Below, in pieces: positions 38,348 to 46,880 of a stretch of 64,000 nt of DNA (the first letter of the stretch is position 1; every line of letters begins with the position of its first letter). The notes under the pieces are model-generated. The model ran no database searches and had not been told where the DNA came from. It was given only the letters and a program-made list of their open reading frames with translations. The stretch spans positions 288,001 through 352,000 of the forward strand of contig CAWAWS010000007.1 in NCBI GenBank assembly GCA_963785725.1. The letters are read 5' to 3'. The stretch is from an uncultured delta proteobacterium. GTDB lineage: Bacteria > Myxococcota_A > Polyangia > Palsa-1104. The translations under genes were made by a program, and so were the position numbers.

Positions 38348-39859
38348 ATGTCATTTCGTTCGGCGCGCGCGTTGGCTTTGGCTTGCTCGTTGTCGGTTCC
38401 GCTCGTCGGCTGCGGCGGCAATTCTCACGACGGCGGCGCCGGCGGCGGAATCGCCGGCGGCGGCGGAACGGCTGGCGGCGGCGGCGGTGGCGTCGTCGGA
38501 CACGATATGTCCGTCGCGCAGGATCAAGGCGTCGGGCCTGGTAGCACCGATATGTCGCGCACGGCGCCGCCGGGCGCCGACTTGGCCCTCCCGCCGGCCG
38601 GCGACGACACCGGCGACGGCGGACCGCCGGGCACGTTGGCCGACGGTGGCGTCTTCACGCCGCCGGCGCCGCCCGCGCCGCCGGGCGCCGACATGGGTCC
38701 GATCGCGCACGCACCGCCGGCGACGCTGGCCGGCCTCGTCGTCCTGTCGAGCGGGCTCGATTTTCAGGACGTGTCGACCGATCAAGGTGGCGGCATTTGG
38801 GCGGTCACGCAGCAGTCGGTCTATTACTGGCCGGCCGGCGCCACGACGCCGTACACGTACAATCAGGCGAATGGCCTCGCGCAAGGCAAGACGAGCTGGC
38901 TCGACGACTACTGGTGCGCGGGCGACGGCTTGACCTGCCCGTACACGTGGCCGGTGTACTTCAACTCCGTCGCCGGCGGTCAGTCGGGCCAGGCCGTCGT
39001 CGGTAACCAAGGGCTCATCGCCGACCGCATCGACGTCGTGCCCGCGACCGGCGCCGTGCAAGACATCGTCGGCCTACAGGTGACGTCGACGCAGCAGGGC
39101 GATCCGACCGAGCTCGTCGATCAGCAGCAGCGCGTGGTCTCGTCGTGGAAAGTGGCGCTCGATCTCAACGGCCCGCTCGGCGGCACGGCTTATCTCGGCG
39201 GCTGGCACGGCCTCTCGGCGTTTCACGGCTTCATGAATTCGGCGACGACCGGCATCTGCGGCCTGAATTGCCCCAACTTCGAGGAGCACGCGCATCCCAT
39301 CACCGAGACCAACATCGAAGGGCGCGACATCAAGGGCATCGCCGTGACGCCCGAGGGCGACTTGTGGGTGGGCGACGCCGATTCGTTGTGGTTCATCCCC
39401 GAAGGCTCGAAGGGCGCCGACGCCGACTTCTTCCAGAACCCGGTGATTCCCGGCCAGACCGCGGCCTATCTCGATGTGTTCCCGGGCCAGACCGACAACA
39501 TCACGAGCGTCGACTTGGACGCGGCGGGCGGCATCTATATCGCGTCGGAGACGAACGGGCTCGCCTATTTGGCGCCGGGAACCTACGCGCCGACCTATTG
39601 GTCGACGGCGGACGTGCTGCCGAAGAACGCGCTGCGCTCGGTCGCCGTCGATCAGCTGGGCGACGTGTGGATCGGCACCGAGCAGGCCGGCGTCGTGCGC
39701 TACACGCCGTCGAGCGGGACGTGGACGTATTACACGCAGGCCAGCGCCGGCTTGCCGTCGAACGATATCCGCGCCGTGCACGTCGACAAATACGCGGCCA
39801 GCGGCCGCACCGTCTACTTCGCGACCGACTACGGCATCGGCGTCTACACCGGCCCCTAA
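38348..39859 (+). CDS. Lipoprotein with beta-propeller (two-component regulator propeller-like repeats)
   Basis: Lipobox LVGC, Gly/Pro linker, repeats D..G.IW.., GLPSNDI and G.VWIGT. Confidence 0.75.
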   Translation: MSFRSARALALACSLSVPLVGCGGNSHDGGAGGGIAGGGGTAGGGGGGVVGHDMSVAQDQGVGPGSTDMSRTAPPGADLALPPAGDDTGDGGPPGTLADGGVFTPPAPPAPPGADMGPIAHAPPATLAGLVVLSSGLDFQDVSTDQGGGIWAVTQQSVYYWPAGATTPYTYNQANGLAQGKTSWLDDYWCAGDGLTCPYTWPVYFNSVAGGQSGQAVVGNQGLIADRIDVVPATGAVQDIVGLQVTSTQQGDPTELVDQQQRVVSSWKVALDLNGPLGGTAYLGGWHGLSAFHGFMNSATTGICGLNCPNFEEHAHPITETNIEGRDIKGIAVTPEGDLWVGDADSLWFIPEGSKGADADFFQNPVIPGQTAAYLDVFPGQTDNITSVDLDAAGGIYIASETNGLAYLAPGTYAPTYWSTADVLPKNALRSVAVDQLGDVWIGTEQAGVVRYTPSSGTWTYYTQASAGLPSNDIRAVHVDKYAASGRTVYFATDYGIGVYTGP

Positions 39860-39874
39860 GGTCTAACGCACGTT

Positions 39875-40489
39875 CTATGTCTTCTTCTTATCGACGGTTG
39901 TCTTAGTCGCTTTAGCAGCTGCTTTAGCCGGTCGGCGTTTGGAGACATACTTGGAGTCGGCGTCGATGAAGCGCCACGGCTTGTGCGCCCACTCGCCGGC
40001 GTAGTCGATGCCGATGCGCGGCGTGGCCTCGATGCGCGGTTTGGGTCGCGATTTCTCGCGCGGCTCGAGCCAGAGCACGTCGCTGGTGACGAGGTCGATG
40101 CCGTTGTGGGCGCGCGTGATGCCGAGCGCGCGACACAGCTTGCCCGGGCCGTTGGTCCCGCCGTCGAGCGGCGCCTCCGGCTCGAGCGCGCGAATGAGGA
40201 CGGCGGCCGGCGAACCGGCGGGCTCGCACACGACATTGAATTGATCGTACATGCCATAGATCAAGAAGACATAAGCATGGCCGGGCGCACCATAGAGCAA
40301 GCGCGAGCGCGGCGTCTCACCGAAGCGCGCATGACACGCCTGATCTTCTTCGTGCACATAGGCTTCGACCTCGACGATGCGACCGCGCAAGATACCGCGC
40401 GACGTGCGATGGACGAGGTGGCAGCCGACGAGCTCGGGCGCGACGACGAGGCAGTCGCGCGCGTAAAAGCGGCGCGGCAGCGGCTTCAT
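39875..40489 (-). CDS. mpg: DNA-3-methyladenine glycosylase (AAG/MPG family)
   Basis: GRIVEVEAY, PGHAYVFLIYGMY, AVLIRALEP, NGPGKLC, PRIGI and PWRF. Confidence 0.93.
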   Translation of the reverse strand: MKPLPRRFYARDCLVVAPELVGCHLVHRTSRGILRGRIVEVEAYVHEEDQACHARFGETPRSRLLYGAPGHAYVFLIYGMYDQFNVVCEPAGSPAAVLIRALEPEAPLDGGTNGPGKLCRALGITRAHNGIDLVTSDVLWLEPREKSRPKPRIEATPRIGIDYAGEWAHKPWRFIDADSKYVSKRRPAKAAAKATKTTVDKKKT

Positions 40490-41211
40490 TCGGCGGCGGC
40501 GAAGAGCAGGCGCTGCTTGTCGATGCGCTCGAGCACCGGCTGCACGCGGCCATCGGCGGTGAGCGACTCGAAGAGCGCGTTGGCCAAGCGGATATAGGAA
40601 TCGCGGTCTATGAATCCTTGCAACAGTCGATAGCGCAACAGCACAAAGGCCGTCTGGGTCACGTCCATCAAGCAGTAGTTCTTGATCGACTGGATTTGAC
40701 CGGCGTTGTACAGGCCTTCGACTTGGCTGCCGTCGACGCCGACTTTGCCGGGCAGGCCGACGACGCGCGCGATCGAGTCGAGCGAGCCGACGCGCGCCGC
40801 GCCGTGCTCGGACAAGAAGTCATAGAGATCGATGTGTCCCGAGTCGGTGTAGCGATAACGATAGTCTTTGTCGTCGAAGAAGAAGCGCAGCGGCACGCCA
40901 TGACGCAGGCAGCGCAGCATGATGACCGGCAAGTCGAAGCTGCGGCCGTTGTAGGTCACCAAATGCGGGCGCCACTGCTCGACGAACTGCGAGAAGTCGC
41001 GCAGCATGCCCACTTCGTCGTCGTGCTCGCCGATGACGCCGATGCGCTTGAACTGATAAAGCTCGTCGAGCCAGAGCACGCCGATGACGATGGGGCGATG
41101 CGCGTGCAGCGGCGGAAACGGCTTCTCGGTGCCGGCCGGCAAATCGGGCGCTTTGTACAGCTCGCTATCGGGAACGGTCTCGATATCGAGGACGAGATAA
41201 CCGCGGCTCAT
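40486..41211 (-). CDS. 3'-5' exonuclease, PolB-exo-like (DEDDy)
   Basis: DIETVPD, YNGRSFDLP, HIDL, GLPGK and YCLMDV. Confidence 0.88.
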   Translation of the reverse strand: MSRGYLVLDIETVPDSELYKAPDLPAGTEKPFPPLHAHRPIVIGVLWLDELYQFKRIGVIGEHDDEVGMLRDFSQFVEQWRPHLVTYNGRSFDLPVIMLRCLRHGVPLRFFFDDKDYRYRYTDSGHIDLYDFLSEHGAARVGSLDSIARVVGLPGKVGVDGSQVEGLYNAGQIQSIKNYCLMDVTQTAFVLLRYRLLQGFIDRDSYIRLANALFESLTADGRVQPVLERIDKQRLLFAAAE

Positions 41212-41218
41212 GTGGCGC

Positions 41219-42403
41219 TCATAAGGGGAAGCTCAAGGTGAGGCCGGCGACGTCGGCGTCACCGAAGGCGGTGTGCGCGTAGCCGCCGTTGAAGTAGTGG
41301 CCGTACGAGAGCTCGAGGAAGCCGTCGGCGAGCCAGGCGGCGCCGGGCAATCCCTTCCACGCGCGCAGGCCGGCCAGCTTGACGAGCACGCGCAGCTCGA
41401 GGAATTCGGCGGCGAAGCGGCTGAGCTTGGGATCGGACGTGTAAAAGAGGTTGTTGCGCGATTGCGTGAGGAAGCACGTCGTGCAGCGCAAGCCGACGCC
41501 GTTGGGATAGAACGGCACCGAGCCGTTGTCGCTCCAAAACACGGCCTGCGTCTGCCAGTAATAGCGGCCGGTGACGCGGAACTCGACGGGCCCGACGGGA
41601 ATGTACGTGCGCAGCTCGGGCGTGTGCGAGAGAACGCCCCAATCGTCCCAATAGAAGCGATAGGACGGGCGAAACGCGAGATAGGGCATGCGGCGAAACG
41701 GCAGCGGAATGATGTAATGCGCCGACGCCGACAGCGACTGGCGAATGCGCTGATAAGGCACGAGCTCGCGCGCCGGCGCGCCGCCCAAGTTGACCGTGCG
41801 GTAGGGATTCGCGAGCCAGCCGTTGTTGCGATCGCCGAAGCCGAGGACGCCGATCTCGTACGACAAGACGCCGACGAGCTTGGGCGTGATGACCTGCGTC
41901 GCCGTCAAGATGCCGCGCACCGACTGCAGGCCGCCGACGGGATTGTAGAGCGTCGGACCCATGCGCTGCGCCACGCGATCGTTGCCGTAGCTGAGCGTGG
42001 CGTAGAGCGTCGTGTTCTTTTGGAACAGCTCGACGAGCGCGCCCAAGCTGGCGGTGTGCGCCCAATAATCGGACTCGCTCGAATATGAATAGGCGCCGGT
42101 GATGAGCGTGGGACCGATGCGTTGGCCGAGCGTGAAGCCGGCTTCGTTGCGCAGCTCGGTGAACGGCTGATCGCTGGTGACGCCGGCGGCGATCGAGGCC
42201 GACGTGATGGCGTCGAGCAGGTAGTGCGCGCCGACGAGCGTGCCGTTGGGCAGCTCCTTTTGCAGCTCGACTTCGGGCTGCACGACGCGCGTGTTGCGAT
42301 CGCGCCAATAGTTGCCGCGCAAGGTGACGAAGTCGTCGGCGAACGCGCGCGCGCTCGTCAACGACGTCGCCAAAAGTACGAGCGCAGCGACGAGGCGGCT
42401 CAC
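41219..42403 (-). CDS. DUF3570-like outer membrane beta-barrel protein
   Basis: Signal peptide, DAITSAS, SSESDY, L.NPYR, YRFYWDDWGVLSHT, RYYWQTQA.F and YTSDPKLS.F. Confidence 0.8.
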   Translation of the reverse strand: MSRLVAALVLLATSLTSARAFADDFVTLRGNYWRDRNTRVVQPEVELQKELPNGTLVGAHYLLDAITSASIAAGVTSDQPFTELRNEAGFTLGQRIGPTLITGAYSYSSESDYWAHTASLGALVELFQKNTTLYATLSYGNDRVAQRMGPTLYNPVGGLQSVRGILTATQVITPKLVGVLSYEIGVLGFGDRNNGWLANPYRTVNLGGAPARELVPYQRIRQSLSASAHYIIPLPFRRMPYLAFRPSYRFYWDDWGVLSHTPELRTYIPVGPVEFRVTGRYYWQTQAVFWSDNGSVPFYPNGVGLRCTTCFLTQSRNNLFYTSDPKLSRFAAEFLELRVLVKLAGLRAWKGLPGAAWLADGFLELSYGHYFNGGYAHTAFGDADVAGLTLSFPL

Positions 42404-42425
42404 GTGCGCGAGGCGGACCGAACCA

Positions 42426-42641
42426 TCAGTTGCACCCGCAGCCGCCGCCGGCGGCGCCGAAGCCGCCTTCGGAGCCTTCGCGCGAGCTTTGATAGTGGGC
42501 GCGGAACTGGCTCTCGGCGCTTTCGGCGCCCGGCTGCATGGCGCGCACGCTCAGGTACTCGCGCTGATACGGCTTGACGCCGCCGCATCCGCTGGCGCCG
42601 GCGGCGACAGCGACGGTGAACAGAAATGCGGCCAGTTTCAT
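42426..42641 (-). CDS. DUF4266-like small lipoprotein ending GGGCGCN
   Basis: Lipobox ASGC, VKPYQREYL...M, H...SREGSEGG...GGGCGCN. Confidence 0.85.
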   Translation of the reverse strand: MKLAAFLFTVAVAAGASGCGGVKPYQREYLSVRAMQPGAESAESQFRAHYQSSREGSEGGFGAAGGGCGCN

Positions 42642-44239
42642 CGCGCGGGATGTTTGTACAAAAGCCAACCGCGCGCAAGGGCGACGGCGGGCTCGAGCGC
42701 ATGCCGCGCCGCTTCCCGCAGCCGATCGTCGCTGGAGATGGCGTGCGCCAACGGCGGTGACATGGCGTAATAGGTCGCTACCATCAGCTTGCCGAGCGGA
42801 TTGTCGAGCAGCGCGCCGTCGCGGAAGTGACGCAAGAGCGCGACGTCCGGCTGCATCTGCGAGCCGTACGCCGCCGTGGCGATGAAGCAGCCGTGCAGCG
42901 TCGCGAACTTCTGCACGTTGGTGGTCGCGCTCACGAACGCCGCCGGCCCGGCGCCGCCGCAGGCGTTGACCGCGCGAATTCCCGCGTAATACAGCGTCTG
43001 CGCCTTGAGGCCCGTCAGCGACGCGGTCTGCGAGATGCCGGCCGCGCCCGGCGGCGGCGGATTGTCGGCAGGAATGCCGTTGTCGAAGTTGTCGTCGGTC
43101 AGCGGCGTCGTCGCCTGATAGCGGATCTCGTAGCGGCGCGGCTGATCGAACGCGTCGGTGTACGACGGCGCTTCGAAATTGACCGCCAACGACGTGTCGG
43201 CCGGCGTCGCCGTCATCGCCGTCGGCGCCGCCGGCGGGCGGCAGCCTTGGCAGCCGGCGGCGAACACTTTGACGAGCCACGTGCCGTCGGCGTCGGTGAT
43301 GTGCGCCAAGCGGCCCGCGCCCGTGCCCGGCGAGTCGCTGATCGTGTTGTCGGGCGGATGCAGCGTGCCGGTGGCGCCGTCCCAATCGCCGTAGCCTTCC
43401 CACGTGTTGGTGATCCCGGTCTGCGCCGTGCCGTCGATGGTCACGGGCACGGCGTAGACGATCGAAGGCTGCCCGAACTCCTGGCGACCGAAGCTGTTGA
43501 GCTCGCTGTTGCGATCGTCGACGGCGGGGTGATTGTTGGAGCTGTTGAAGTCGCCTTCGAGGCTGACCTCGACCTTGATGATGTACTTGCCGCTCGGCAG
43601 CGTCGACGGCACCGGCCAGCTGATCTCGGGATCGAGCAGCGCGCCTCCGATCGGCGTCGCCGCCGAGATCGCCGCCAGGTCGTTGAGCGACGCGTAGGTG
43701 CGCGCGTCATTGGAGTCGAAGGTGCCGAACGTCGTCAGGTCGGCGCGCGGCGGATAATACGAGAACGAGCCGGGCTGGAACACGCCTTTGCTGCTGTTGA
43801 ACTGCGACGCGCAAGACACCGCGTCCAGCGTCAGATCCGACGGCGGGCAGTAGAACGGCTCCGTCGACGAATAGGCCTCGTGATAGCCGATCGAATCGTC
43901 GTCGGGGTCGACGCCTTTGGAGCCGCCCATGACGATGTACGGATATTGATGGTTACGCTCGTGCGCCCACACCGGCAGCACCATGTCGCGGCGACCGTAC
44001 GGCCAGCGATAGCTCGACTTGAAGAGCGCGTTGCCCGGCCGATTGCCGAGGCCGAGCGCGCCCGTCGAGCGCGTCACGTAAGCGGTGTCGATGTACGTGC
44101 CGTTCGGATCCTCGACCCAGACGGCGATCTGCAGATGCGCGACCGGCTGAAACTCCACTTCGACGACGCGACAGGTGGCCTGCGCGTGCACCGACGTCGC
44201 CGCCAAGAGGATGCCCAAGGAGAAAATAGTCTGCTTCAT
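42638..44239 (-). CDS. Secreted protein: DUF2271-like N-terminal domain, FN3 domain, CFI-box-CTERM
   Basis: QIAVWVED.NG.Y.DT.YVT, LPVW, SAATP, LPSGKY...EV and GQPSIVY; FN3 segment LTGLKAQTLYYAGIRAVN; C-terminal CFIATAAYGS...LRHFRD..L. Confidence 0.75.
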   Translation of the reverse strand: MKQTIFSLGILLAATSVHAQATCRVVEVEFQPVAHLQIAVWVEDPNGTYIDTAYVTRSTGALGLGNRPGNALFKSSYRWPYGRRDMVLPVWAHERNHQYPYIVMGGSKGVDPDDDSIGYHEAYSSTEPFYCPPSDLTLDAVSCASQFNSSKGVFQPGSFSYYPPRADLTTFGTFDSNDARTYASLNDLAAISAATPIGGALLDPEISWPVPSTLPSGKYIIKVEVSLEGDFNSSNNHPAVDDRNSELNSFGRQEFGQPSIVYAVPVTIDGTAQTGITNTWEGYGDWDGATGTLHPPDNTISDSPGTGAGRLAHITDADGTWLVKVFAAGCQGCRPPAAPTAMTATPADTSLAVNFEAPSYTDAFDQPRRYEIRYQATTPLTDDNFDNGIPADNPPPPGAAGISQTASLTGLKAQTLYYAGIRAVNACGGAGPAAFVSATTNVQKFATLHGCFIATAAYGSQMQPDVALLRHFRDGALLDNPLGKLMVATYYAMSPPLAHAISSDDRLREAARHALEPAVALARGWLLYKHPAR

Positions 44240-44338
44240 AGGTGGTTCATTCCGGCCAAGCGAAGGAGGGTGAAACGCACGAAAGGGAAGCGTTCACCGT
44301 CGGAGCGCGGCTGTCAAGGAGACAACCGTTTGCAGTTG

Positions 44339-45628
44339 TTACGGGCCGGTGAGCAGCAATTCGAGGTTGTGCCGGGCGACGGTGTACTCGGGGTTGAGCT
44401 CGAGGGCGCGCTCTAGGCAACGTCGCGCTTCTTGTACTCTTTCGAGCGCGAGATAGGCCGCGCCCAGATTTCCCCACGAGGGATAATGGCGCGGCACGAG
44501 CGCGAGCACCTCTTCGAAGCCGTTGGCGGCCTCGGCGTGGCGGCCTTCGGACAGCGCGGCGAACGCGCGCGCGAACAGCTCCTCACCGCGCAAGACGTCG
44601 CTCAACGGCACGCCCGGATGCGAGCCGCGCAGCATGCGCTCGTACGCCCGCACGAAGTTGCGCGCCTCGTCGCGGCGCTCGGACGCGCCTTCGGAGTCGT
44701 CGGGCAGCGACAGGTAATCGCGCAGCGCCAAGTAGCAGCCGCCCATGCGCTCGGCCTGCTTCGCCGCCGACGCCAAGTTCCAGCGATGCAGCGCCTGCCG
44801 CGGCTCGAGCGCGATCGCCTCCGACAGCTGTGTGACGGCGCCTTCCAGCTCTCCGAGCTCCAGCAGACACACGCCGAGCGCGCTGCGACCTTCGGGGCTG
44901 CGCGGCTGGCGCGCGACGAAGCGCTCGAGCCGGCGACGCGCGGCCCGCGGCCGACCGGCTTCGAGGTAGGCGAGGCCGCGATCGAGCGCGTCCTGCGTGG
45001 CGCGATCGGGCGGCGCCGTGCCGGCCTCGCGCTGCAGCTCGACCAACGCCCGCGCGCTCTCGTCGCTGAGCCCGCCGCGCTGCAACAGCGCGCTCACGAT
45101 CGGCGCCGCTTTGTGCCCACCGTGACGAATGAGCTCGCTGATGAACGACGGCACTTCCGGATCGGGCACGTGATCGATGATGAGCGCCACCGCTTGGTCG
45201 AGCTCGTCGCCGTGATCGATTCCCGCCAGCAGCTCGCGCACGCTTTGGCTCAGCAGCGCCTCGGGATCGCGCAGCTTGACCGTCGCCGGCATCGGCGCCG
45301 ACAGCTCCGACAGGAGGCCGAGCGCGCGCGCCTTGACGGCATCGGGTGCGTCGCTCGTGCACACCAGATCGAGCGCCTTGAGGACTCGGTCACCGCCCAA
45401 ATAGGCCAACAAATCATAGGCCCACGACGCTTCTTCCTCGGACGACGACGCCAGCGAGGAGATCAGCCGCGGGACCGCCGCTGCGCCGGCTGCGCGCACC
45501 TTGCGGGCGAGTCGCTGGCGCTCGCTGCCGCTCGGAGACGCACCTCGACGCGCCGCGTCCAGGCTCTGGACGACGTCACGTAAAGGACCAAAATTCTTGA
45601 AGAGCTCGCCTGAGCGGGGAGCATCCAT
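44339..45628 (-). CDS. HEAT/TPR repeat protein
   Basis: N-terminal HEAT-like helices and several TPRs (WGNLGAAY...ERALELNPEY). Confidence 0.75.
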   Translation of the reverse strand: MDAPRSGELFKNFGPLRDVVQSLDAARRGASPSGSERQRLARKVRAAGAAAVPRLISSLASSSEEEASWAYDLLAYLGGDRVLKALDLVCTSDAPDAVKARALGLLSELSAPMPATVKLRDPEALLSQSVRELLAGIDHGDELDQAVALIIDHVPDPEVPSFISELIRHGGHKAAPIVSALLQRGGLSDESARALVELQREAGTAPPDRATQDALDRGLAYLEAGRPRAARRRLERFVARQPRSPEGRSALGVCLLELGELEGAVTQLSEAIALEPRQALHRWNLASAAKQAERMGGCYLALRDYLSLPDDSEGASERRDEARNFVRAYERMLRGSHPGVPLSDVLRGEELFARAFAALSEGRHAEAANGFEEVLALVPRHYPSWGNLGAAYLALERVQEARRCLERALELNPEYTVARHNLELLLTGP

Positions 45629-45821
45629 GGAACCCCCGGGCGGTCGGCCGCTGCCCTATACACTACGTTATACGTATCGTCACGAGAGTCAATAGGCAGT
45701 TCCATAAGGGAGGGCCGTCGCAAGCGCTCGGCCGACCCGTGCGCGAGCCCTCGTCCGAAGGGTCGTCGAGCCGTTGGACGAAGATGAATCGGCGCGTCTC
45801 TTGCGTATCTGTCTCCACACG

Positions 45822-46880
45822 ATGCGCGTGGCGATGGTCTCGACTCCGTACGTTCCCGTCCCGCCGCCGCGCTATGGCGGCACCGAGCTGATCGTGGCCG
45901 AGCTCGTGACCGGGCTGCGCGACGCCGGGCATGAGGTGACGCTGTTCGCGACCAACGACTCGCAGCCGCCCGATGGCGTGACGTTGCGCGCGCGACAAGC
46001 GTCGATTTGGCCGCCCGAGCCCTACGCCGAGCTCGATCATGCGGCTTGGGCGATCGAGCAGATCTTGGGCGACGCGCGCCGCTTCGACGTCGTGCACGCG
46101 CACGTGCCGGCGGCGTTGGCGTTCGCGGCGATGCTCGACGCGCCGATGGTCTACACCGTGCACCACGACGACGGGCCCGAGCACGCGCGGTTGCAGGCGC
46201 TGTATCGTCGCAGCCGCGCGCAGTTCGTCGCCATCAGCGCGCGTCAGCAGTCGCTCATTCCCGAGCTGGCCGACGCGCGCGTCATTCACCACGGCCTCGA
46301 CGCCGGCCGCTACATCTTCGGGCGCGGCGACGGCGGCTACTGCGCGTTCCTCGGCCGCTTGGCGCCGGAAAAAGGCGTGCACCACGCGCTCGACGCCGCC
46401 CACGCCGCCGGCCTGCACATTCGCGTCGGCGGCGCGCCGCATTGGAACGATCACGACTACTTCGCGAGCCAAATCGCGCCTCGCCTCGCGCGGCCGGGAG
46501 TGACGCGGCTGGGCGAAGTCGGCGGCGTGGCCAAACAGGCGCTGCTGGCGGACGCGCGGGCGCTTTTGTTTCCCATCGAATGGGAAGAGCCGTTCGGTCT
46601 CGTCATGATCGAGGCGATGTTGTCGGGAACGCCGGTGCTGGCGTTCGCGCGCGGCTCGGTGCCCGAGGTCATCGACGAAGGCGTGACCGGCTTCGTCTGC
46701 CGCGACGTCGCCGAGATGGCCCGTCGCCTGCGCACGCTCGATGCGTTCGATCGTGCCGCCTGTCGCCGGCGCGCGCTCGAGCGTTGGACGACGGCGCGCA
46801 TGGTGCGCGACCACCTCGTCGTTTACGAGCAGCTACAAACGTGGGTGGGTCATGTTGGAGCAGCCGAAACCGTTGCCTGA
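45822..46880 (+). CDS. Glycosyltransferase family 4
   Basis: VPPPRYGGTE, GHEVTLFA, LGRLAPEKG and WEEPFGLVMIEAM. Confidence 0.92.
   Translation: MRVAMVSTPYVPVPPPRYGGTELIVAELVTGLRDAGHEVTLFATNDSQPPDGVTLRARQASIWPPEPYAELDHAAWAIEQILGDARRFDVVHAHVPAALAFAAMLDAPMVYTVHHDDGPEHARLQALYRRSRAQFVAISARQQSLIPELADARVIHHGLDAGRYIFGRGDGGYCAFLGRLAPEKGVHHALDAAHAAGLHIRVGGAPHWNDHDYFASQIAPRLARPGVTRLGEVGGVAKQALLADARALLFPIEWEEPFGLVMIEAMLSGTPVLAFARGSVPEVIDEGVTGFVCRDVAEMARRLRTLDAFDRAACRRRALERWTTARMVRDHLVVYEQLQTWVGHVGAAETVA

Noticed and set aside
44240..44338. Hairpin ggtgaaacgc/gcgttcacc and TTGACA upstream of the CFI-box gene as a riboswitch
   Set aside because: I could not recognise any aptamer consensus (FMN, c-di-GMP, cobalamin). 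An Infernal/Rfam scan would be needed.
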